The notes beneath the pieces were generated by a model. The model worked only from the letters and a program-made list of their open reading frames with translations. It was not told where the DNA came from and ran no database searches. The translations under genes were made by a program, and so were the position numbers. A DNA stretch of 64,000 nt from an uncultured Eubacteriales bacterium (GTDB taxonomy: Bacteria > Bacillota > Clostridia > Peptostreptococcales > Anaerovoracaceae), in NCBI GenBank assembly GCA_900315555.1, contig OMZN01000018.1, forward strand, positions 24,467 through 88,466, in the 5' to 3' direction. Positions 1 to 9,156 of this stretch are shown here, piece by piece; position 1 is the stretch's first letter; every line of letters begins with the position of its first letter.

Positions 1-738
1 GCACACCTCGAGGATTTGTTTCGGCGGGCGGCCGACCAGTACGCCATCGAAGCCACAGGATTCCTGGACCTTCACCAGCAGAGCCTGGTGAAGGCCTTTC
101 TGTCTGCGAAGAAAGGATGGGAGGATATTGTCTGGGTATGGGCAGGCGGATACGATGATGCAGAGAGAAAGCGTCTGCTTCTTCATCCGGACTTCCTGCC
201 GGCGGATCCCGGCGATTATCTTGGCGTGCTGCGGATTACCGCCGCCGGAAGCAGCGGTGCTCTGACGCATCGGGCCTGCCTGGGAGCATTGCTTGGAACG
301 GGGATCGACCGGCGTGAGACCGGGGATATTCTGGTGCGGGAGGATGGCGCCGACATTATCATCAATCCGGGGATGGGAGAATTCCTCTCGCAGATGATGA
401 CCAGTGTGGGCAGGATGGCAGTTCATGCCGAAATGAAAGAGATAAAGGCGCTGCGGCTGCCGGTGCAGCGAAAGAAAGAAATACGGACAACGGTGGCAGC
501 CCCGCGGCTGGATACCATGACAGCGGCTGCTTTCGGGCTTTCGCGTGCCAAGGCGCAGGCGGCGATCCGGGGCGGGCGTGTCTATGTTGACGATGTCGAA
601 GAGACAAGAGCGGACAAAATGGTGCAGAGCATGCAGAAAATCGTCCTGCGGGGTATGGGTAAAGCGGTGGTGACGGAAATCGGAGAACATAGAACCAGAA
701 AAGGACGCCTCTTTGTCTGCCTGGAACGCTTTCTTTAA
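1..738 (+). CDS. S4-domain RNA-binding protein, YlmH-like (5' end cut by window edge)
   Basis: The frame is open back to base 1 (AHLEDLFRRAADQY...). The track start at 16 is only an in-frame TTG. The C-terminal S4-like segment is RLDTMTAAAFGLSRAKAQAAIRGGRVYVDDV. Confidence 0.6.
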   Translation, partial: AHLEDLFRRAADQYAIEATGFLDLHQQSLVKAFLSAKKGWEDIVWVWAGGYDDAERKRLLLHPDFLPADPGDYLGVLRITAAGSSGALTHRACLGALLGTGIDRRETGDILVREDGADIIINPGMGEFLSQMMTSVGRMAVHAEMKEIKALRLPVQRKKEIRTTVAAPRLDTMTAAAFGLSRAKAQAAIRGGRVYVDDVEETRADKMVQSMQKIVLRGMGKAVVTEIGEHRTRKGRLFVCLERFL

Positions 739-771
739 GAGACTGGCGTTACCTTTAAGAGAACGGCGCCA

Positions 772-1248
772 TTAGATCAGCGTCTTGACACCATACGAGA
801 TGCAGATCATCAGGACCCCTGCGGTGATGACGCCGAGCGTGATAACCGGCAAAGCGTCCCGCAGGCGGATATTGAGCACCGAAGCTACCAGGGAACCGGT
901 CCAGGCACCGGTGCCCGGCAGGGGAATGGCCACCAGAATATAGAGACCAAGGCGCCTGTATTTTTGAACCTTCTGACCATTGAGATGTGCTTTTTTCTCC
1001 AGTTTATCCACCCACTTCTCCGTTCTCGGGTTCTTTCGCATCCAGTCGAAGATGCAGCGCAGGAAGAGGATGATGAAGGGAACGGGAACCATGTTGCCGG
1101 CGACTCCTAAAAGAAAGGTCACAAGAATCGGCAGATCCATAGAGACGCCGAAGGGAATCGCGCCGCGCAGTTCTACGATGGGCAGCATGGAGATGAGGAA
1201 GACGGAGATCATCTTCCCGATATAGGTTGATCCAAGCCAGGTGAGCAT
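772..1248 (-). CDS. small multidrug-export-like membrane protein (COG2426-type)
   Basis: Polytopic membrane protein with LPIVELRGAIPFG near the N-terminus. I chose the internal ATG (MLTWLGS...) because AGGAG lies 5 nt upstream; the longer track ORF has no RBS. Confidence 0.6.
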   Translation of the reverse strand: MLTWLGSTYIGKMISVFLISMLPIVELRGAIPFGVSMDLPILVTFLLGVAGNMVPVPFIILFLRCIFDWMRKNPRTEKWVDKLEKKAHLNGQKVQKYRRLGLYILVAIPLPGTGAWTGSLVASVLNIRLRDALPVITLGVITAGVLMICISYGVKTLI

Positions 1249-1397
1249 CGATTCTCCTTTCGATTTGATTCGTGTTCCGTCGGCGTGCCGGCTGTGGAAG
1301 CTCCCGGCGCACGCGATGTTTAAATTATACACGAGGCGGCACTATTCGTCCAATACGATGCGACTTATGGTATAATGCACTCTGGAGGTACGAGAAC

Positions 1398-2495
1398 GTG
1401 ATTGAAGTTTCCCCTATCAGATATGAAAACGGACAATTTGAGATTCTGGATCAGACACAGCTGCCGGGCACGGAGGCCTGGCTCACTATGGAGACCCGGG
1501 AGGATATTTGGGATGCGATCCATGCGCTGAAAGTGCGCGGTGCGCCTGCGATCGGCGTGGCGGCAGCATACGGCATGTGGATTGCTGCAAAGAACAGCTC
1601 GGCGGACAGCCGGGAGGCGTTCTATGAGGCGTGCAGAGAACACGGAGATTATCTATGCTCTTCCAGGCCGACGGCGGTGAATCTGTCATGGGCGGTGAAA
1701 AGGATGCTGCGTCTGGTGAAAACATGGAACCCGGATGCAGAAGGGCTCGCAGGCGCTTCCTGGGAGGCGCAGCGGACGGCGCTTCTTGACCGGATGCTGC
1801 AGGAAGCAGTCGCGGTGCAGAAGGAAGATGAGGAAGCCTGCCGCAGGATGGGAGAATACGGCCTGCGGCTGCTGTCGCCCGGTATGGGAATTCTGACCCA
1901 CTGCAATGCCGGTGCGCTGGCAACTGCTAAATACGGTACCTGCCTGGCGCCGATCCATCTGGGTCAGGAGAAAGGCTATGGCTTCCATGTGTTCGCTGAT
2001 GAGACAAGGCCTCTGCTGCAGGGCGCCCGGCTGACCTGCTGGGAGCTGATGAAATCCGGTGTGGATACGACGCTGATCTGTGATAATATGGCAGCCACCG
2101 TCATGAAGAAAGGCTGGATCGATGCCGTGGTAGTAGGCTGTGACCGCATGGCGGCCAATGGCGACGGCGCCAATAAGATCGGCACCAGCGGCGTGGCCAT
2201 TCTGGCGAAGGAATTCGATATTCCCTTCTATATGTACGTGCCGACATCCACCATTGATCTGGATACGGAAACCGGGGATGAGATCCGCATCGAATGCCGG
2301 GATGGCGAGGAAATCTATCAGATGTGGTACGAAAAGGATATGGCACCTGCAGGCGTCAAGACATTCAATCCGGCTTTTGATGTGACCAGCCACGAGAACA
2401 TCACCGCTGTTATCACAGAGAAGGGGATCGTCCGGCCGCCCTATAAAGAAAATCTGGCGGCCATTGCTGCTGCGCCGGCTCGGGACGGAGAATAG
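1398..2495 (+). CDS. mtnA: S-methyl-5-thioribose-1-phosphate isomerase
   Basis: eIF2B-like isomerase motifs: GAPAIGVAAAYG, ETRPLLQGARLT, VVVGCDRMAANGDGANKIGT. GTG start at 1398 is preceded by GGAGG. The upstream track extension overlaps the divergent gene. Confidence 0.85.
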   Translation: MIEVSPIRYENGQFEILDQTQLPGTEAWLTMETREDIWDAIHALKVRGAPAIGVAAAYGMWIAAKNSSADSREAFYEACREHGDYLCSSRPTAVNLSWAVKRMLRLVKTWNPDAEGLAGASWEAQRTALLDRMLQEAVAVQKEDEEACRRMGEYGLRLLSPGMGILTHCNAGALATAKYGTCLAPIHLGQEKGYGFHVFADETRPLLQGARLTCWELMKSGVDTTLICDNMAATVMKKGWIDAVVVGCDRMAANGDGANKIGTSGVAILAKEFDIPFYMYVPTSTIDLDTETGDEIRIECRDGEEIYQMWYEKDMAPAGVKTFNPAFDVTSHENITAVITEKGIVRPPYKENLAAIAAAPARDGE

Positions 2496-2506
2496 AAGGG
2501 ATCCTT

Positions 2507-3301
2507 ATGGCATACAAGGTCATTTTGGATAATTTTGAGGGGCCTTTCGATCTGCTGGTTTACCTGATTGAAAATGCCCGCATGAGTATCTACGACATCC
2601 GGGTGGCAGAAATCACAGAGCAGTATATGGCTTATATGGAAGTGATGGAACAGGCGGATGCTGCTGTATCTTCCGACTTCCTGGTTCTGGCTGCCGAGCT
2701 CATCGATCTTAAATCGAAGATGCTGCTGCCCAGGCTTCATACTGAAGGCGAGGATGACTTTAAGGAAGATCCCCGCCGGGATTTGGTGGAGCGCATTCTG
2801 GAATACAAGCAGTTCAAGGCTGTTTCGCAGATGCTGGCGGAGCGTGAGGCACGCTTTCGCTATGTGCTGGAGAAGCCGCGCGAGGATATCTTGGCGTACA
2901 CAGCGAGTCCAAAGGAAGAGCTGATCGCCGACGATGCGCAGTTTGTCAGGGCCTTTCATCGCTTTCTCCAGCGCAGAAAGCGGCTCGGAGAGATTCGCCG
3001 GCGCTACGAAAGCAGCGAACGGAAGCGGATCACTGCAGAGGCGCGGCGGGCATTTATCCTGCGCCTGTTTCAGGAGAAGCCCGGCAGGCATCTCAGCTTT
3101 GAGGATCTGGTGGAGGATAAGGATGATGCCTATGATGTGGCACTGTCTTTCTCTTCCTTGATGGAGATGATCCGGGAGAGGAAGTTATCAGCAGTGCAGG
3201 CGGTTCCTTTCGGGACGATCGACGTCACCGCCGGGGAAGAAATTCGCACGGAAGGGGAGGACGATCATGACGATCACACGAGGCGTGAAGTCCGCGCTTG
3301 A
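2507..3301 (+). CDS. scpA: segregation and condensation protein A
   Basis: N-terminus FEGPFDLLVYLIE...IYDIRVAEITEQY is typical ScpA. It is followed by scpB with an overlap. Confidence 0.9.
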   Translation: MAYKVILDNFEGPFDLLVYLIENARMSIYDIRVAEITEQYMAYMEVMEQADAAVSSDFLVLAAELIDLKSKMLLPRLHTEGEDDFKEDPRRDLVERILEYKQFKAVSQMLAEREARFRYVLEKPREDILAYTASPKEELIADDAQFVRAFHRFLQRRKRLGEIRRRYESSERKRITAEARRAFILRLFQEKPGRHLSFEDLVEDKDDAYDVALSFSSLMEMIRERKLSAVQAVPFGTIDVTAGEEIRTEGEDDHDDHTRREVRA

Positions 3302-3899
3302 ATCGATGATGTTCATATGGGGGGATCTTCTGTCCGTCAATGATGCGGCGCAGATTCTCAATATTACAAAAGCCGAAACAGTGAGCGCTTTTGAGGAACT
3401 GAAAGAAGAATACGAAAAGGAAAAGAGAGGACTGCGTCTCCGCCGCGTGGAGGACAGTTATCAGTTTGTTACGCCGATAGAGAATGCAGATTATATCGAA
3501 CGCCTGTGCCGTCCTGTAAAGAAGCGCCGTCTCTCTCAATCGGCACTGGAGGTGCTGGCCATCATCGCCTATCGTCAGCCGGTCACCCGGGGAGAAATTG
3601 ATCAGGTGCGCGGCATTCGAAGCGATCGCGTTGTGGACGGCCTGATCAAGAAGAAACTGATTGAAGAAAAGGGCCGCTCGGAGGGCGTAGGCAGACCGAT
3701 CCTGTATGGAACCACGGCAAACTTTCTGAAGACGTTCGGTTACGCCAGTCTTGCGGAACTGCCGGCCATCAGTGATTTTGCAGAGGATCCGGATACCGAG
3801 GTGGAGGCCGCCGCACTCTATGAAGATGGCGTGATGACCAACCAGATCAGCTTTGCCGAGGTGGCCGAAGGGAATACTTCCGGAAAAGAAAAAGCGTGA
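3267..3899 (+). CDS. scpB: segregation and condensation protein B
   Basis: ALEVLAIIAYRQPVTRGEIDQVRGIRSD and GRPILYGTT winged-helix motifs. Overlaps the scpA 3' end. Confidence 0.9.
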   Translation: MTITRGVKSALESMMFIWGDLLSVNDAAQILNITKAETVSAFEELKEEYEKEKRGLRLRRVEDSYQFVTPIENADYIERLCRPVKKRRLSQSALEVLAIIAYRQPVTRGEIDQVRGIRSDRVVDGLIKKKLIEEKGRSEGVGRPILYGTTANFLKTFGYASLAELPAISDFAEDPDTEVEAAALYEDGVMTNQISFAEVAEGNTSGKEKA

Positions 3900-3972
3900 A
3901 TGGACGCGGGCTGCTGCAGAGCAGTGCCGGTTCATGATAACGGCACGGGTCCTGATAACCGGTGCCTTTTTT

Positions 3973-5217
3973 TCAGGCCCGATGAAGCTTTTTGCTGGCG
4001 GCTATGATCAAGTTGATGACGGCACCTGTCACCAGAAGCCCGATGGCGATCGCGCCGGCAAGGAAAATCGTTTCAGCTCCTGCGATGGCGGCCGTCTTCA
4101 GATCGCCGGCGATCAGGTAAGCCATGGTGTAGAAGATGCGGGAACCGGGTACAAGAGGCATAATGGCAGGAATCGTAAATACCGTGGCGGCCTGTTTTAA
4201 TCCCCGGGAGGCGATGCCGGCCAGGATACCGATGAAGCATGTGCCGATGAAGCAGGCTTCCACATCGCCCATGTGGAAGAAGGTGACACATACCATGAAG
4301 GCACTCCAGCCGACGCCGCCGATGAGCGCGGTGGCAAGGAGGTCTTCGGCAGGTACATGAACCAGGATAGAAAATCCCAGTGTCGTGATGAGCCCCACCA
4401 GCATGGAGACGACGATGCCGGTGGTTCCCTCGACGGGGAGCAGAACCATGCTGGATGCCTGAAAAAGCCGGAGGAATACGCCGACGCCTACCGCCAGGGA
4501 GACGGCGATCACCAGTGCCTCCGTCATGCGGGCCAGGCCGGCCAGCATGTCTCCGGAGAGAAAATCACGTATGGAATTGGTGATGGCGGCGCCGGGAACG
4601 TAGATCATCAAAACCCCGATGATGATGGCATCCGGAGTGCCGGCCGGCCGCAGCATGACAAAGAGCATCGCCAGTGCCGTGGCAAGGCCGCAGCAGGCGA
4701 AGCCGCTGAGAAAGTAGTTGGTGTTCTGCCGCTCCAGAAATTCCTTCAGCAGCAGACTGGCTATGCCGATGCCTCCTGCGCACAGTGCGCTGAGAAGCGT
4801 GTTGCTGTAGAGCATGCAGAAGAACATGGCAACCAGAAAACCGCCGATGAGGCGAAGCCATAGAGGAAACGGGCGCTGCGATGCAATTTCATCCAGCTGG
4901 ATGAGGCCGCTTTCAATGGACAGATCCGTTGTCGTGAAGGTGCGGGAAAACCGATTGAGGTCAGAAATCTGCTTCATGTCGGTGGAAGATCCGTGAATAC
5001 GGCTGATAGAGGTCATGATATTCCCGTCTTCTCCGCCGGTATCTACGGATACAAAAATGCCTGTGGGCGTGGCAAACACCTCTACGTTTTCAATGCCGCA
5101 GACGGTGCATATCCTGCGGATCGTATCTTCGACGCGGTAGATTTCGGCGCCGCTGTGCATCATGAGCTCGCCGGCCTTGACGGCCAGCTTCAGCATCTGT
5201 CTGTCCCGTACTTTCAT
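3973..5217 (-). CDS. threonine/serine exporter family membrane protein (fused ThrE N- and C-domains)
   Basis: N-terminal AGELMMHSGAEIYRVEDT segment followed by about 10 hydrophobic helices, consistent with a DUF1212+DUF3815-like fusion. Confidence 0.7.
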   Translation of the reverse strand: MKVRDRQMLKLAVKAGELMMHSGAEIYRVEDTIRRICTVCGIENVEVFATPTGIFVSVDTGGEDGNIMTSISRIHGSSTDMKQISDLNRFSRTFTTTDLSIESGLIQLDEIASQRPFPLWLRLIGGFLVAMFFCMLYSNTLLSALCAGGIGIASLLLKEFLERQNTNYFLSGFACCGLATALAMLFVMLRPAGTPDAIIIGVLMIYVPGAAITNSIRDFLSGDMLAGLARMTEALVIAVSLAVGVGVFLRLFQASSMVLLPVEGTTGIVVSMLVGLITTLGFSILVHVPAEDLLATALIGGVGWSAFMVCVTFFHMGDVEACFIGTCFIGILAGIASRGLKQAATVFTIPAIMPLVPGSRIFYTMAYLIAGDLKTAAIAGAETIFLAGAIAIGLLVTGAVINLIIAASKKLHRA

Positions 5218-5308
5218 AATGACTGCATTATAGCATAGGGATGGTGGGAGGAACAGCGGCAGGGCATGTTTTTATTTATGATATAATGGACACGCTGGAG
5301 GAAGGAAG

Positions 5309-6013
5309 ATGAGACTTAACAAATATATTGCCGCGGCCGGCATGGCCAGCCGGCGCAAGGCTGATGAGCTGACGATCAACGGCAATGTGAAGATCAACGG
5401 CGAGGTCGTTCGTACCCCCGGGGTGGATATCGGACCTGATGATGTCGTGGAAGTGAACGGCAGACGTATCGAACCGGAGGAAAAGAAGGTATATCTGATG
5501 CTTCATAAGCCGCCCGGTGTGCTGACTGCCATGACAGATGACAGGGGCCGCCTGACAGTGGCGGATCTGGTCACGGATGTGCCGGAAAGAATCTTTCCGG
5601 TGGGGAGACTGGATTACAATACCACCGGACTGCTTTTGATGACCAATGACGGGGAACTGGCGAACAGGCTCGCCCATCCAAGTCATCATGTAGGGAAGAC
5701 GTACCGCGCTAAGGTCAGCGGCGTTCTTTCCGACGCAAAGCTCCGCCGCCTGCGGCAGGGAGTGGATATTGGCGGTTTTATTACCGGGAAGGCACAGGTA
5801 CGTGTGGTTCGGCAGACGGAACGGTCTGCCATTGCAGACATCACCATCTACGAGGGGAAGAACCGGCAGGTCAGAAGGATGTTTCGCGCGGTGGGATGTC
5901 CGGTACAGAAGCTCCATCGGATGGCCATCGGTGAGCTGTATTTGTCCCGCCTGGCGGAGGGAAGCTATCGCAAGCTGACCCGCCGCGAGATTGCGTATCT
6001 AAAGAATCTGTAG
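5309..6013 (+). CDS. rluB: RsuA/RluB-family pseudouridine synthase
   Basis: N-terminal S4 domain (MRLNKYIAAAGMASRRKADELI-like) and catalytic motif GRLDYNTTGLLLMTNDG. Confidence 0.85.
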   Translation: MRLNKYIAAAGMASRRKADELTINGNVKINGEVVRTPGVDIGPDDVVEVNGRRIEPEEKKVYLMLHKPPGVLTAMTDDRGRLTVADLVTDVPERIFPVGRLDYNTTGLLLMTNDGELANRLAHPSHHVGKTYRAKVSGVLSDAKLRRLRQGVDIGGFITGKAQVRVVRQTERSAIADITIYEGKNRQVRRMFRAVGCPVQKLHRMAIGELYLSRLAEGSYRKLTRREIAYLKNL

Positions 6014-6015
6014 AT

Positions 6016-7197
6016 TCAGGGCATGAGGGACCGTGCCAAAAAGGCTGTCAGTTCCTCTTCACTGCCTGCAACCCGGGCGGAGGTTTTTCTGCCGCCGCCG
6101 CGAAGACCGCTTTTTCTGGCCAGGGCGCCGCAGTCGACGCTGCCGTCGGAAAAGAGGAGCAGGACGCCTGCCTTCTGGATCAGCAGCCCGGTGAAAGGCC
6201 TTTCGATCAGCTTGCCTATGCGCAGTCCGTCGTCTACTGTCAGGGGATCGATCGTAAAGATCGTCTCCGTGGAGGAGGCGATCTTCTCCACCCAGTGAGA
6301 AGCAGCCAGATGGGCAAGGGAGGCGATGCGCTGCTTTTGTGCCTCTTCTTTTGCTTCGCGGGCGCGCAGCTTTTCGGGCAGTTCATCCATGCCGGAGGTA
6401 AAGTGGTGCTCCAGGCGCTGCAGGAGGTCGTGCTCCTGCACGAGATGCTCGAAAGCCGGCTTGCCGGCATCGAAGTAAATACGGGTCATATCTTTGTTCT
6501 TTTCCAATTTGTAGATTTTGATCAGGCCCACCTGGCCGGTGCTCGAGGGATGCGTTCCGCAGCAGGCAACGCAGTCTGCCGGATTGTCCGAACTGCCGAT
6601 GAGAACAACGGAGATGGCTTCATCAAAGGCCAGTGGCTTGCGCAGCGGCATTTGCTCCGCCTCCTCCCGCGTCTTAAAGTAATGAATGCGCACGGGAAGA
6701 TCTTCCCAGATGACCCGGTTGGCCATCTGCTCCGCCTGCTTTGCCATGGCAGGAGTAATACCGGTAAAGGCGGGATTCTTTTCTGCCTTCAGGTCGATCG
6801 TCATGTAGGCATTTCCCATGTGAAAGCCTCTGTTGACGCAGCCGAAAGCGCGGTCAAAGGCACCGGAGAGAATATGTTCCCCGCAGTGGCGCTGCATATT
6901 TTCGAACCGATGCTCCCAGTCGATGGTGCAGTGCACCTGCTCGCCCTTCTTGGGAAGCGCTCCGGAAAAGCGGACCCGGTGCACTGCATCTTCGCCGTCT
7001 TCCTGCACATCGATGACCTCCATGCTGCCCATGGAGCCGGTTATGGTACCGGTGTCGGCGCTTTGACCGCCTCCCTCGGGAAAGAAGCAGGTGCGGTCGA
7101 GGCGGATATCTGCCAGATGTGCATCAAGCGGTGCAGCGTCGGTGATCTTTGCATCGCAGGTGATGGCGTACATGTCTTGCTGGTATATTTTTTCCAT
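6016..7197 (-). CDS. alanyl-tRNA editing protein (AlaX-L / AlaRS-related)
   Basis: FFPEGGGQSADTG, the zinc motif HCGEHIL and CCGTHPSSTGQVG. The ATG at 7197 has GGAGG 5 nt upstream. Confidence 0.75.
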   Translation of the reverse strand: MEKIYQQDMYAITCDAKITDAAPLDAHLADIRLDRTCFFPEGGGQSADTGTITGSMGSMEVIDVQEDGEDAVHRVRFSGALPKKGEQVHCTIDWEHRFENMQRHCGEHILSGAFDRAFGCVNRGFHMGNAYMTIDLKAEKNPAFTGITPAMAKQAEQMANRVIWEDLPVRIHYFKTREEAEQMPLRKPLAFDEAISVVLIGSSDNPADCVACCGTHPSSTGQVGLIKIYKLEKNKDMTRIYFDAGKPAFEHLVQEHDLLQRLEHHFTSGMDELPEKLRAREAKEEAQKQRIASLAHLAASHWVEKIASSTETIFTIDPLTVDDGLRIGKLIERPFTGLLIQKAGVLLLFSDGSVDCGALARKSGLRGGGRKTSARVAGSEEELTAFLARSLMP

Positions 7198-7371
7198 GGA
7201 ATCCTCCGGTGACAGAAACAGCACGTTCAATGAAATTTAGTATATCACAAGTCTTTGATCTTGTATTATAATGGACTCAATTACAAATTTGCTCCTGATA
7301 GAATGTTGAAACGTAATTAGTTGCCCATGGAAAGTGTATTCCCTTGCTATCGGGACCGGAAAACGATAATC

Positions 7372-7501
7372 TGTGGATAACATTCTGCGGTTAAGTGGGA
7401 TACATCAATTGAGCCTTGAAAACAGAGGATTCTTAAGTTGGTTGTTATCCACAGCAAACAGTGTATAAAATCGTATACAAAAATGAAAAAACTGTGGATA
7501 A
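7372..7501. promoter_or_regulatory. cluster of three perfect DnaA boxes (TTATCCACA)
   Basis: TGTGGATAA at 7372-7380, TTATCCACA at 7445-7453 and TGTGGATAA at 7493-7501. All lie in the 370-bp AT-richer spacer between the alaX-like and AraC genes. Confidence 0.7.
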
Positions 7502-7600
7502 GGAGGGAACGTATTGAAATTTGAGGAGTCATTGTCTGTTAATTATTTTTGAATGAGGATACTGTCTGGATTTACATAATATCGAAAAACAGGTGGAACT

Positions 7601-9136
7601 ATGCTGAAAGAGAGAATCCAATACAAACGAGAACTGCCCATCGATCTGCTGGTGGCAGACGTGGAGCAGTACCCCCTTCATTTTCACGAAGATTGTGAGA
7701 TCGTTTACGTGATGCAAGGCGCGGTCAGATTGCGTGACGGTTATTACGACTATGATCTGACGGCCGGTGATGTGGTCATCGTCAACGATGGCGAAATGCA
7801 CAGCATCACAAGAATCGGCGAGGCATCCAACATGGTGATGATGCTTCATGTGGACTTTGAGTATTTTTCCAAATACTATCCCAATCTCAGGAACAGCTTT
7901 TTTGATACAGAGTACGTGGATAGCAAGGAAAGTCTGGATGTGCTCCGTTCTATCCTCGTGCGCATCATTCTCGAAATGCTGCAAAAGGGCTATGGTTACG
8001 AGCACAAGATCATCGAGGCGGCGCATAACCTGATTTCCTATCTGCAGGCGGATTTCCAAAGCTATCTGGTGGATGAGGACAATGCCGAAAGCGGCAGGCA
8101 GAGCCGCCGCAACAAGGTCATGGCCGGCCGCCTCTCCAGGATCACCAAATACATGTATGAGAACTACGATCGCAAGCTGACCCTCAATGAGATCGGAGAA
8201 AAGGAGCATCTGAGCATCTACTATCTCTCCCATGTCATCAAAAATGCCACTGGGCTCAGTTTTCAGGATCTGCTCAGCTTCATTCGCGTGGAAGAGTCGG
8301 AAAAGCTTCTCCTCAGCACCAACAAGAAAATCGGCACGATCGCTTCGGAGACCGGCTTTTCGGCGGTGCGCTACTATATCAAGCATTTTGAGAAGTGGTA
8401 CCACATGACTCCGCAGGCATACCGGGAAAAATACACCGGGAAGGCGATGGGCGATGAATCCGGTGCTGATTTGCGCCGATGTACGCCGACGGAGATTGAA
8501 GCACTGATCCGAAAAAAGTTCCCGGAGGACAAGGACAAAGCAGAGTATAGCAAGTATAGTGCGCCGCTGATTGTGGATATCGATCTGAACGGGGATTTTG
8601 AGGCATCCAATGACGGCGGCAGCGCCCTGGCAGCGCTGATGAGCCGGTCGGTTCTCAAGCCTGTTGCCAAACCCTACAGCACGATCATCAGCCTCGGGGA
8701 GCATCCGCTTGCTTCCGGCGACAACTATCTGATCACCAGTCCGGCGAAAAAGGGCGGGGATATTCGCTCATTGAGCGTTCTTGTCTACAATTTTGATGCA
8801 GAAGCCAGAAAGCAGCTGCTGGAGGCTAACAAGACGGCGCAGGCGGCTGAGCTGATCAGGGAATATGACAAAGAGCAGGAGTTCCTGCTGCGCTGCAGCG
8901 GTCTGTCGGGGAAATTCCGCATCGCCAGGTACCGGCTGACCCGTGAAAATTGTGTGCGGATCTACCGGCGCCTTCTTGAGCATGCGGACACGGCGCATAT
9001 CCGGGAGGAGGTTCTGCAGAAGTGGATGTCTCTTCCCAGTGTGGAGTTTGAAGAATTTACGTCTGCGGATACATTGAACCTGCGGACAAAGATGAACGGA
9101 TTCAGTGCAGAGCTGATATTGATTGACAAAATATAG
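7601..9136 (+). CDS. AraC-family transcriptional regulator with cupin N-domain and about 220-aa unassigned C-terminal domain
   Basis: Cupin-like segment HFHEDCEIVYVMQGAVRL. AraC HTH pair LTLNEIGEKEHLSIYYLSHVIK ... IGTIASETGFSAVRYYIKHFEKWYHMTPQAYR. RBS AGGTGGA. Confidence 0.85.
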   Translation: MLKERIQYKRELPIDLLVADVEQYPLHFHEDCEIVYVMQGAVRLRDGYYDYDLTAGDVVIVNDGEMHSITRIGEASNMVMMLHVDFEYFSKYYPNLRNSFFDTEYVDSKESLDVLRSILVRIILEMLQKGYGYEHKIIEAAHNLISYLQADFQSYLVDEDNAESGRQSRRNKVMAGRLSRITKYMYENYDRKLTLNEIGEKEHLSIYYLSHVIKNATGLSFQDLLSFIRVEESEKLLLSTNKKIGTIASETGFSAVRYYIKHFEKWYHMTPQAYREKYTGKAMGDESGADLRRCTPTEIEALIRKKFPEDKDKAEYSKYSAPLIVDIDLNGDFEASNDGGSALAALMSRSVLKPVAKPYSTIISLGEHPLASGDNYLITSPAKKGGDIRSLSVLVYNFDAEARKQLLEANKTAQAAELIREYDKEQEFLLRCSGLSGKFRIARYRLTRENCVRIYRRLLEHADTAHIREEVLQKWMSLPSVEFEEFTSADTLNLRTKMNGFSAELILIDKI

Positions 9137-9156
9137 GAAACTGGATTTGCAGGGTT

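Noticed and set aside
1272-1397. 42-codon N-terminal extension of the mtnA ORF.
   Set aside because: It overlaps the divergent membrane-protein gene's upstream region and reads as junk (RRAGCGSSRRTRC). GGAGG + GTG at 1398 gives the conserved MtnA N-terminus (IEVSPIRYENGQFEILDQ).
7231-7600. The possibility that the DnaA-box spacer is the chromosomal replication origin.
   Set aside because: No dnaA, dnaN or rpmH is adjacent. There are only three boxes. I saw no tandem AT-rich 13-mer-like unwinding element. Flanking gene orientation does not switch in a way that suggests an origin. I kept it as a non-origin DnaA-box cluster instead.
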